A stretch of DNA of 32,000 nucleotides, taken from contig LYOS01000003.1 of the NCBI GenBank assembly GCA_001766815.1, positions 115,254 to 147,253 on the forward strand, given 5' to 3'. Shown one piece after another: positions 25,452 through 32,000 of the stretch. The position numbers and the translations under genes were made by a program. The DNA comes from Candidatus Syntropharchaeum caldarium (GTDB lineage: Archaea; Halobacteriota; Syntropharchaeia; Syntropharchaeales; Syntropharchaeaceae). The notes under the pieces were generated by a model that saw only the letters and a list, made by a program, of their open reading frames with translations, ran no database searches and was not told where the DNA came from. How positions within the stretch are numbered: position 1 is the stretch's first letter; each line of letters starts with the position of its first letter.

Positions 25452-25487
25452 ATCCACCTCAAAACCCTCAACACCATCCTGATGCAT
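25452..25487. repeat. Right arm of the 36-nt inverted repeat bracketing the cas locus
   Basis: Reverse complement matches 14368-14403 at 32/36 positions. Confidence 0.7.
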
Positions 25488-25555
25488 GCCAGATTGACAG
25501 CTGCTTGACTTTCATACCATTCCCAAGATGATGTTAGTTTGTTATTGAGGAGACC

Positions 25556-25666
25556 TTACATGAACGTTCTGAAATGGGTTCGATGAGAAATGTCCTTCAC
25601 CTCGATCACCACCTTCTCAAGCGGCTTAAACACCCCATCCTCATAGATGATCTCGATCTCCTTCAT
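25556..25666 (-). pseudogene. Shortened DUF104 (AF2212-like) antitoxin-family remnant downstream of acylphosphatase-like copy A
   Basis: MKEIEIIYEDGVFKPLEKVVIEVKDIS... aligns to the intact copy at 26906-27127 but lacks ELREGEK and the C-terminal half. No PIN partner follows. Confidence 0.45.
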
Positions 25667-25714
25667 CAGTAATCTATCGATCCTGATCTATAAAAAGTTG
25701 TTGATAATAAGCCA

Positions 25715-26472
25715 GCCCCTCTAAACAATCCCCTTCTCCTTCAAAGCCTGCTTTATCTCAAGAATATCCCGACGTAATTCTTCATACTTCAGCATGTGAT
25801 CTTCGAGTGTATGTAGAGAACGTCGTATCTCCCCTGTATCCTCTTTGACGGTACCAACCTTCTCAGCAACTTTATCAACTTTATCTCCAACTATGTCAAC
25901 CTTCTCGGCAACTTTATCGATCTTCTCACCAAGCATCGAAAATCCCTTTTTGTTCTCTTTCCTTCCTGCATCAACCTTCTCAGCAACTTTATCAACCTTC
26001 TCCCCGACTTTATCGATCTTCTCGCCAAGATTCCTGTTCATCTCGCGCATGTACCTGGCAGCGGTATCCATTCGTTCATAGACTGCTTCAGTTAGATCCT
26101 CTTCTCTTATGATCTCAAAGTCTCTGAATTCACCTGTTGCATCTGAATAATCCACCTCTATATCCTCAACCGAGATTGGATACTGTTTTATCCAGATCAG
26201 ATCGATAAACTGCTCGATCTTCTCTCGCTCTCCTTCACAGACAACCTCAACCGATCCATCGGGAAGATTCTTCACATAACCTGTAAGATCAAGATTGAAC
26301 GCCATCTCATCGATATGATCACGATAACCTGCCTTCTGTACCCTTCCTTTGATGATGAGGTGTGCCTGTTCAATACTGTTCATTAGTTATTACTTTCCCC
26401 TCACCTCAAATAAAGATTGTGATTGTTACACTGTCAGCGAGAGATTGAATCTAATAATTGGGTTGTGTAAAA
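25715..26472. repeat. Segmental repeat unit A (acylphosphatase-like gene + about 90 nt upstream)
   Basis: Coding nt 26041-26383 differ from 27382-27724 at only 2 positions by eye. The upstream CATTAGTTATTACTTTCCCCTCAC.TCAAATAAAGATTGTGATTGTTAC is shared. Confidence 0.85.
25721..26383 (-). CDS. Acylphosphatase-like domain protein with C-terminal heptad-repeat coiled coil, paralog A (220 aa)
   Basis: IKGRVQKAGYRD (V.G.VQ..G.R loop) and GYVKNLPDGSVEVVCEG (G.V.N..DG.VE) match acylphosphatase signatures. The C-terminus is made of EKIDKVG/EKVDKVA heptads. Confidence 0.8.
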   Translation of the reverse strand: MNSIEQAHLIIKGRVQKAGYRDHIDEMAFNLDLTGYVKNLPDGSVEVVCEGEREKIEQFIDLIWIKQYPISVEDIEVDYSDATGEFRDFEIIREEDLTEAVYERMDTAARYMREMNRNLGEKIDKVGEKVDKVAEKVDAGRKENKKGFSMLGEKIDKVAEKVDIVGDKVDKVAEKVGTVKEDTGEIRRSLHTLEDHMLKYEELRRDILEIKQALKEKGIV

Positions 26473-26484
26473 AAATGTCAAAGC

Positions 26485-26952
26485 TCAAACCTCAACAACC
26501 TCAAGGAACCCAACCCGTTTAAAATCAGAATCAAATGTCGCGATCTTTCCGATTCCATAGTGTTTGCAGGTTGCGGTGATCAGGGCGTCGTTCGGGAGAG
26601 TTCGCACTCTGAAGCCAATAAACACGAGGATTCGATAACCTCTTTATTTATGACCAGAAATTTTATCTCAAAATCCTCTAAAAAATTCTGAAATTCCTCA
26701 TAAAGGTAAAGATACTTCGCAAGTGTTTTCTTCAATCTTTTAAGGCTGAGGCTACCACCACCCCTCAAGAAACTTCAGGATCATCATCTTGTAGATAACT
26801 TCACTGAAGACCACATCGTTTATGTAAAGTGAGTTGGCAATAATCTCTTCAAAGATCTTCTCTCCACTTTTATCTCCAGAAAACAAACCGATTATGACGC
26901 TTGAATCAAGGAATATCGCTTCTTTCTGAGAGATATTGATGGTATAGCTCAT
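26485..26952 (-). pseudogene. vapC: PIN-domain VapC-like toxin, disrupted by two frameshifts
   Basis: Frame 1 reads MSYTINISQKEAIFLDSSVII... and stops at 26752. Frame 2 is ...LSLKRLKKTLAKYLYLYEEFQNF..., ending at 26580. Frame 3 is PNDALITATCKHYGIGKIATFDSDFKRVGFLEVVEV*. Together they make a full-length PIN domain. Confidence 0.65.
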
Positions 26953-27127
26953 CCAGTTCCTCCGAAGTGATTTTCATCTTTAAAATTCCGCTGTACTTTT
27001 TGAGTTTTTCTCTCAATAGGAAAATGTCCTTCACCTCGATCACCACCTTCTCCCCTTCCCTAAGCTCCACCTTCTCAAGCGGCTTAAACACCCCACCCTC
27101 ATAGATAACCTCAATCTCTCTTCTCAT
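26906..27127 (-). CDS. DUF104 (AF2212-like) antitoxin-family protein, partner of the PIN gene
   Basis: MRREIEVIYEGGVFKPLEKVELREGEKVVIEV is the typical DUF104 N-terminus. Overlaps the PIN start. Lies 18 nt downstream of acylphosphatase-like copy B. Confidence 0.7.
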   Translation of the reverse strand: MRREIEVIYEGGVFKPLEKVELREGEKVVIEVKDIFLLREKLKKYSGILKMKITSEELDELYHQYLSERSDIP

Positions 27128-27139
27128 CGATCCTAGCCA

Positions 27140-27824
27140 GACCCTCTAAACAATCCCCTTCTCCTTCAAAGCCTGCTTTATCTCGGCCATATCACGGCTT
27201 AACTCTTCATACTTGATCTTCAGATCATCGAGTGAGGAGAGACTGGTGCGGATCGCAGATGTATCATCCTTGATCGAATCTATCTTCTCGCCAAGCATCG
27301 AAAATCCCTGTTTGTTCTCTTCCCTTCCTGCATCAACCTTCTCAGCAACTTTATCGATCTTCTCACCAAGATTCCTGTTCATCTCGCGCATATACCTGGC
27401 AGCGGTATCCATTCGTTCATAGACTGCTTCAGTTAGATCCTCTTCTCTTATGATCTCAAAGTCTCTGAATTCACCTGTTGCATCTGAATAATCCACCTCT
27501 ATATCCTCAACCGAGATTGGATACTGTTTTATCCAGATCAGATCGATAAACTGCTCGATCTTCTCTCGCTCTCCTTCACAGACAACCTCAACCGATCCAT
27601 CGGGAAGATTCTTCACATATCCTGTAAGATCAAGATTGAACGCCATCTCATCGATATGATCACGATAACCTGCCTTCTGTACCCTTCCTTTGATGATGAG
27701 GTGTGCCTGTTCAATACTGTTCATTAGTTATTACTTTCCCCTCACTTCAAATAAAGATTGTGATTGTTACGCGGTCAGCGAGAGACTTGAATCTAATAAT
27801 TGTGTTGTGTAAAATAAAAAGAAA
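27140..27824. repeat. Segmental repeat unit B
   Basis: See units A and C. Upstream is identical to unit C through ...GTGTTGTGTAAAATAAAAAGAAA. Confidence 0.85.
27146..27724 (-). CDS. Acylphosphatase-like/coiled-coil protein, paralog B (192 aa)
   Basis: The first 126 aa are identical to A and C. One heptad fewer than C and four fewer than A. Confidence 0.8.
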   Translation of the reverse strand: MNSIEQAHLIIKGRVQKAGYRDHIDEMAFNLDLTGYVKNLPDGSVEVVCEGEREKIEQFIDLIWIKQYPISVEDIEVDYSDATGEFRDFEIIREEDLTEAVYERMDTAARYMREMNRNLGEKIDKVAEKVDAGREENKQGFSMLGEKIDSIKDDTSAIRTSLSSLDDLKIKYEELSRDMAEIKQALKEKGIV

Positions 27825-27856
27825 TAAGACGGAGTTACAAGGTGTCCGTCTAAAGC
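27806..27856. repeat. T-rich hairpin element copy 1 (on the minus strand: AGACGG..CCGTCT hairpin followed by TTATTTCTTTTTATTTTACACA)
   Basis: TGTGTAAAATAAAAAGAAATAAGACGGAGTTACAAGGTGTCCGTCTAAAGC. A near copy is at 28973-29024. Partial copies (T-tract only) are at about 30137-30155 and about 26464-26476. Confidence 0.5.
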
Positions 27857-27922
27857 TTACCATCAAGGATGTTCATCATCCAAAAGCTTTTAATTCAATC
27901 CCAGAATTATGGTTAATTATAT

Positions 27923-28180
27923 GAACAAACGGCGCTTGCTTGAAGAGTTGGAAAAAATCCAAAGAACGTTCGTTTTAGCCGGTTGTGTACGATTGTAGAG
28001 GATTTTGGTTTCAGATTAAAAGGCAGAAAAGGCAGTCACATAATTTACATGCATGATGAGGTAAAGGAGCTGTTGAACTTTCAGGATGTAAGTGGTAAGG
28101 CAAATCCTTATCGGGTAAGACTGTTTATAAAGATCATTGAGAAGTACAACCTCGTAGAGGAGGGTGAATCAAGTGCCTAA
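27923..28180 (+). pseudogene. hicA: HicA-family toxin with a frameshift in an A6 run
   Basis: MNKRRLLEELEKIQ (frame 1) continues as PKNVRFSRLCTIVEDFGFRLKGRKGSHIIY... (the track ORF 27983-28180) after a 1-nt shift at GAAAAAATCC. This could be a sequencing error. Confidence 0.6.
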
Positions 28181-28334
28181 GTACGTGATAGAGAATTTCT
28201 ATAGTGAAGAGGATGCAGGATATATAACAGTGGTACCTGAGTTACCTGGATGTTCTGCGTTCAGAAAAACAGAAGAAGAGGCATTGAAAGAGGTAAAAAC
28301 CACACGGAAAAGAAATCCTCAACATCCTGTATGA
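28173..28334 (+). CDS. hicB: HicB-like antitoxin, N-terminal domain only (53 aa, truncated)
   Basis: GTG overlaps the hicA stop. VPKYVIENFYSEEDAGYITVVPELPGCSAFRKTEEEALKEV matches the HicB N-domain (GGY....P.LPGC...G.T.EEA). It ends abruptly before any DNA-binding domain. Confidence 0.5.
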   Translation: MPKYVIENFYSEEDAGYITVVPELPGCSAFRKTEEEALKEVKTTRKRNPQHPV

Positions 28335-28362
28335 GAAGATCTCGTCTGGATACTGATACACA

Positions 28363-28401
28363 CCCCCACCCTCATAGATAACCTTGATCTCTCTTCTCAT
28401 C
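28363..28401 (-). pseudogene. 12-codon 5' remnant of a DUF104 antitoxin gene
   Basis: MRREIKVIYEGG, compared with MRREIEVIYEGG at 27127. Homology is lost beyond that point. Confidence 0.4.
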
Positions 28402-28417
28402 GATTTTGATCTATCAA

Positions 28418-28690
28418 TCAGTATCCACGATAGTTTTTGCCACGATGCATAATCTCTGTGACTTTAACTTCATCTCCGATGATAGCATATATCACCCTAA
28501 AATCTCCAACACGAAGTCTGTATAACGTTGGATCTGTGTCGCGAAGTTTCTTAATGTTCATCTTTGTCCGTCTTTTTCCTGGATTGTTTGTCAACTCCTT
28601 TAGTTTAGAGATTATTCGTTGTTTATCCTTTTCCTGGAGGTTCTCGAGTGTTCTTCGTGCAGTCTTTGAGATCAGGACATTGTAACGCAT
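28418..28690 (-). CDS. relE: RelE/StbE-family mRNA interferase toxin
   Basis: MRYNVLISKTARRTLENLQEKDKQRIISKLKEL...YRLRVGDFRVIYAIIGDEVKVTEIMHRGKNY is the typical RelE pattern. Appears intact. Confidence 0.8.
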   Translation of the reverse strand: MRYNVLISKTARRTLENLQEKDKQRIISKLKELTNNPGKRRTKMNIKKLRDTDPTLYRLRVGDFRVIYAIIGDEVKVTEIMHRGKNYRGY

Positions 28691-28896
28691 TATAGCTCGT
28701 CGATCGATACAAATTCATCTTCGTCGAGAATCCTCTTCTGCCTCTCAATGAAAGCCTCATCATACTCCAAATCCTCAAGCCACATCTCAATCGCCTCTTC
28801 TGCAGCCTCTTCTGGGTTGAGATTCAGCTTCCTGCATTTGTCCATAAATCGCTGAAAAATCTCGGCATTTATCTTTTCGATCGATGCGGTCTTCAT
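28690..28896 (-). CDS. Putative antitoxin of the RelE module (68 aa, acidic C-terminus)
   Basis: 1-nt overlap with the relE start. Small acidic protein. No family recognised by eye. Confidence 0.5.
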   Translation of the reverse strand: MKTASIEKINAEIFQRFMDKCRKLNLNPEEAAEEAIEMWLEDLEYDEAFIERQKRILDEDEFVSIDEL

Positions 28897-28972
28897 GTGC
28901 TATCCTCATTCTGTAACCTCATAAACTTTACGCTAAAACCCCAACCATCCAAACCCATCTTAAAAATCCTGC

Positions 28973-29024
28973 TGTGTAAAATAAAAAGAAATAAAGACGG
29001 GGTTAAAAGAGATCCGTCTAAAGC
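28973..29024. repeat. T-rich hairpin element copy 2
   Basis: TGTGTAAAATAAAAAGAAATAAAGACGGGGTTAAAAGAGATCCGTCTAAAGC. Compare 27806-27856. Confidence 0.5.
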
Positions 29025-29051
29025 ATAATACACTCGGTGGTATCTATGCTT

Positions 29052-29197
29052 TTATCGATTGAGCAATCGCAAAAATTCATCCATGCTCAGGCCAGATTCT
29101 TTGAGAATTTGCCTCAATGTGCCCTTCTTCAGTACCTCATGAAGCGGAACAGTAATCTTAATCGTTTTATCATCCTCGATCCAGGTAGCTTTTTCAT
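29052..29197 (-). pseudogene. hicA: HicA-family toxin remnant (internal deletion + frameshift)
   Basis: MKKLPG start at 29197 (ATGA overlap with the hicB-like stop) is out of frame with the conserved C-terminus ITVPLHEVLKKGTLRQILKESGLSMDEFLRLL. The total span is too short for HicA. Confidence 0.5.
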
Positions 29198-29375
29198 ACC
29201 ACAACTTCCACGACCTCAGGTTTTGGATACCGCGATAACTCTTCCTCATCTGGTTCAAGGTAGAGTTCTATCGTCTCTTCGTGCGTCTCCCCTGAGATAT
29301 GCAACCTGGAAGAGATGGTACATAAACAGTATACCCCCCCTCCTCCTGTGGTTCCAGAATTACCTTTAATCTCAT
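29194..29375 (-). pseudogene. hicB: HicB-like antitoxin with a 1-nt frameshift
   Basis: MRLKVILEPQEEGGYTVYVPSLPGCISQG, then out-of-frame ETHEETIELYLEPDEEEL... The span is 182 nt, which is not a multiple of 3. Confidence 0.5.
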
Positions 29376-29450
29376 ATTTCTTCTTTAGGTCACTGTTTAT
29401 TTAAAGTTTAAGTTGTGATATTACCGTGAAACGGATAATAAGCCTGCTCT

Positions 29451-30155
29451 ACCCCTCTAAACAATCCCTTTCTCCTTCAAAGCCTGCTTTATCTCAAGAA
29501 TATCCCGACGTAACTCTTCATACTTGATCTTCAGATCATCGAGTGAGGAGAGACTGGTGCGGATCGCTGATGTATCATCCTTGATCGAATCTATCTTCTC
29601 GCCAAGCATCGAAAATCCCTTTTTGTTCTCTTCTCTTCCTGCATCAACCTTCTCAGCAACTATATCAACCTTCTCTCCAACTTTATCGATTTTCTCGCCA
29701 AGATTCCTGTTCATCTCTCTCATGTACCTGGCAGCGGTATCCATTCGTTCATAGACTGCTTCAGTTAAATCCTCTTCTCTTATGATCTCAAAGTCTCTGA
29801 ATTCACCTGTTGCATCTGAATAATCCACCTCTATATCCTCAACCGAGATTGGATACTGTTTTATCCAGATCAGATCGATAAACTGCTCGATCTTCTCTCG
29901 CTCTCCTTCACAGACAACCTCAACCGATCCATCGGGAAGATTCTTCACATATCCTGTAAGATCAAGATTGAACGCCATCTCATCGATATGATCACGATAA
30001 CCTGCCTTCTGTACCCTTCCTTTGATGATGAGGTGTGCCTGTTCAATACTGTTCATTAGTTATTACTTTCCCCTCACTTCAAATAAAGATTGTGATTGTT
30101 ACGCGGTCAGCGAGAGACTTGAATCTAATAATTGTGTTGTGTAAAATAAAAAGAA
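29451..30155. repeat. Segmental repeat unit C
   Basis: See units A and B. Confidence 0.85.
29457..30056 (-). CDS. Acylphosphatase-like/coiled-coil protein, paralog C (199 aa)
   Basis: N-terminal 126 aa are identical to A and B. The C-terminus is mosaic: the middle is like B and the tail RRDILEIK is like A. Confidence 0.8.
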   Translation of the reverse strand: MNSIEQAHLIIKGRVQKAGYRDHIDEMAFNLDLTGYVKNLPDGSVEVVCEGEREKIEQFIDLIWIKQYPISVEDIEVDYSDATGEFRDFEIIREEDLTEAVYERMDTAARYMREMNRNLGEKIDKVGEKVDIVAEKVDAGREENKKGFSMLGEKIDSIKDDTSAIRTSLSSLDDLKIKYEELRRDILEIKQALKEKGIV

Positions 30156-30175
30156 AAATGCCAGGGCTAATAGCC

Positions 30176-30667
30176 TCAGCACCTTGCAGAAAGTTCTGCG
30201 ATCTTCTTCTGACTTATCTTATCGACAAATGTCACTGTGACTTCATCACCAGCTGCAATCCCACTCAAAGAGCCGCTTTTTGTGCTACTAATATCACTAC
30301 CACCATTTAATTTGATAGTATCACCGTCTATATCGATCACCATCTTATCACCCACTGACATATTAGCAGTACTGCTAGCAAGTGGATCCCATGTGGCCCT
30401 CGTTCCACCTACATCTACGATCAGTTTCACATCAGTAAGATCAAGGCTGTCTCCGCCATCGTGAACTAACGTCACAGTTTCAGCACCTGTATCTGTATCT
30501 GTTATTCTCAGGCTTGCCTGTGGTGCAGCCGTTGGTGGCCCCATCCCGAAGACAAACGCCGCGATGACCGCTGCAAGTATGACCGTGATCGCAACCATGA
30601 GAATAACACCGATGACCGGCGAAACCGCCTCCTCATCCTCTCGTATATCTTTTCTAATCACTTTCAT
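30176..30667 (-). CDS. Archaeal type IV pilin-like protein (class III signal peptide, DUF1628-type)
   Basis: EEAVSPVIGVILMVAITVILAAVIAAFVFG is the canonical archaeal pilin/archaellin-type N-terminus. The remainder is Thr/Asp/Gly-rich and beta-like. Confidence 0.8.
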   Translation of the reverse strand: MKVIRKDIREDEEAVSPVIGVILMVAITVILAAVIAAFVFGMGPPTAAPQASLRITDTDTGAETVTLVHDGGDSLDLTDVKLIVDVGGTRATWDPLASSTANMSVGDKMVIDIDGDTIKLNGGSDISSTKSGSLSGIAAGDEVTVTFVDKISQKKIAELSARC

Positions 30668-31215
30668 TCAATTTCACCTCCTTTCATACTTTTACTTATC
30701 TGCTTATATAGATTTCCAAACGAAGATCACCCCTCACAAGTCGGATGATTATCGTCAAGAGGTTCTGGTGTCCGCCAGACCTTTCAGCCTGCCATTCACC
30801 TTAGCAACTCTGTTTCTACTTTTCTTCTTACTACTATATAAATCGATCGGATCTTAGCGTTTTATTCTCGGTTTAATCGATTTACCTCTTTCCTTTAAAG
30901 ATTTAAACCTTTCAGCCCGATCTTTGAAGATCGTTTGGTCTTGAGTGAAAAATTTTTGATAATTTCTCGATTTTGTAAAATATTTTTACTGTTCCCTGAT
31001 GGAAGAGATCGCTTTGGAGGTTGGATATTTAAAAAATAAGTTCAGAATTACGATATAATATAGGAATGTTCTGATAAAATGGTATCAATTAAATAAAGTT
31101 TTTGTTTTAAATGCTTCCCACCCAATCTCCTCTCTTCGCTCGCCACACCATCTACCTGATAGATAGTCTCGTGATCAAAAGGTTCTTATACCGTTAGATA
31201 ATTATACTGCATTGT

Positions 31216-31638
31216 ATGGAGGTTCGACCTGGATCTATTCTGGCTCTATTTCTTGTGCTACAGTTAGTGGTAATGCCAGTAGCTGCCGCAGGCGAGGATT
31301 GGAAGACGAATTCGATCGATATAGAAAGGATCAATATTGAACTTGGCGAGGAGCATGCAACGGTATCAGTTGACTACCAGATGCACGGGGTCATGCTGCT
31401 TTATGTCTTCATTCTTGGTGGAAAAATGATCGAGCCTGCGCTGAACACACTCATTGTTAATGGCGATAAAGTTGAGATCACATCGATAACAAGAGAACAT
31501 GCAAAGTTCAACGTCACCCTGAACAGTTCAGCATCAACGATCAGGTTCTCACAGCGTGTCCCTCATGTCACGATCAAATACCCGGACCAGAGGCGTTTCA
31601 CCTTCAGCAATACACAGGCAATCCCACTGGTCCTTTGA
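31216..31638 (+). CDS. Secreted protein of unknown function
   Basis: Signal-like ILALFLVLQLVVMPVAAAG. 140 aa. No family recognised. Confidence 0.5.
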   Translation: MEVRPGSILALFLVLQLVVMPVAAAGEDWKTNSIDIERINIELGEEHATVSVDYQMHGVMLLYVFILGGKMIEPALNTLIVNGDKVEITSITREHAKFNVTLNSSASTIRFSQRVPHVTIKYPDQRRFTFSNTQAIPLVL

Positions 31639-31650
31639 TAACTGAATAAC

Positions 31651-32000
31651 CTATTTCAGCTTTTTTATTAGATTTGCCACACGTTCTCCGAGTCGTTTGC
31701 AGTCGTTGAGAACTGCATCATCAGGTGTTTTGACCGCCACCACACCAAAGTGTCCAATCTTTGGATCTCCCTGTATGATCATCCCGTGAACCAGCATCGG
31801 ATAGAGGATGGACAGGATCGCAGTCTCACTTCCGCCACCGATGATGCCACAGGATGTGAACGCAGCACCAACCTTGCCATCCAGCTTACCATGATACTTA
31901 ACACTCTCATCAAAGAGTGATTTCACAGCTCCTGCCGCGGTTCCATAGTATGTCGGACTTCCGATGATAACACCATCTGCTTCAAGCATATCCTCAGGTG
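31651..32000 (-). CDS. Flavodoxin-like fold NAD(P)H-dependent FMN reductase/WrbA-like protein, C-terminal part (5' end beyond the window)
   Basis: DGVIIGSPTYYGTAAGAVKSLFD and GGGSETA are typical of flavodoxin-like FMN reductases. The frame stays open to nt 32000 (..PEDMLEADG). Confidence 0.7.
   Translation of the reverse strand, partial: PEDMLEADGVIIGSPTYYGTAAGAVKSLFDESVKYHGKLDGKVGAAFTSCGIIGGGSETAILSILYPMLVHGMIIQGDPKIGHFGVVAVKTPDDAVLNDCKRLGERVANLIKKLK

Noticed and set aside
14347-25487. The idea that the inverted-repeat-bracketed, cas1-containing block is a casposon.
   Set aside because: Cas1 sits with cas2 and cas4 and a full type I-B effector set. There is no family-B polymerase, and I could not identify target-site duplications. 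It is reported only as an inverted-repeat bracket.
25255-25720. I searched the cas1-proximal region for a CRISPR array, leader or degenerate repeat. I noticed ATTCAAT (25288-25294), TTTCAAT (25301-25307) and ATTGAAT (25322-25328).
   Set aside because: These are only short AT-rich 7-mers, with no 25-40-nt unit repeated at regular spacing. They could at most be a regulator site, which the sequence alone does not support.
25845-26040. 21-nt periodicity in acylphosphatase-like copy A as Borg-style perfect tandem repeats.
   Set aside because: The units are imperfect at the nucleotide level and correspond to heptads of a coiled coil. They are better explained as protein-level repeats with indels than as perfect tandem DNA repeats.

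Overview
This is an archaeal chromosomal segment. Lineage markers are a PGF-CTERM-anchored multihaem cytochrome, CcmC, beta-RFAP (methanopterin) synthase and a class-III-signal pilin. These suggest a cytochrome-rich ANME-2/Methanoperedens-like or Archaeoglobi-like euryarchaeon, but that is an inference I cannot verify here.

nt 1-12.2 kb is a core region. It holds a KamA-family radical SAM gene (partial) and a multihaem cytochrome c + NrfC-like + NrfD-like quinol module. It also holds beta-RFAP synthase, ccmC with a tiny ccmD-like ORF, three CBS-domain proteins and an M50 site-2 protease. The last operon is B12-domain-like / meaB / DUF35 / hisH.

tRNA-Leu(UAA) at 12264-12346 marks the switch to an accessory island of about 18 kb:
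- A RelE remnant, two AT-rich membrane/secreted ORFs and an IS5-type transposase remnant.
- An AT-rich type I-B effector operon (cas8b-cas7-cas5-cas3) and a divergent csa3-like regulator.
- A split adaptation module: cas1 | opposite-strand unknown 257-aa gene | cas2-cas4-radical SAM. The radical SAM start overlaps the cas4 stop.
- Three near-identical copies of an acylphosphatase-like/heptad coiled-coil gene, interleaved with mostly decayed toxin-antitoxin genes (DUF104-PIN, HicAB x2, RelBE).

I found no CRISPR array and no cas6 anywhere in the window. The window ends with an archaeal pilin-like gene, a secreted ORF and a partial flavodoxin-like gene.

Best candidates for something undescribed: (1) the cas4-coupled ferredoxin/2Fe-2S-fused radical SAM enzyme, (2) the RlmJ-motif-like 257-aa gene between cas1 and cas2, and (3) the triplicated acylphosphatase-coiled-coil cassette that shares a genomic slot with TA modules.
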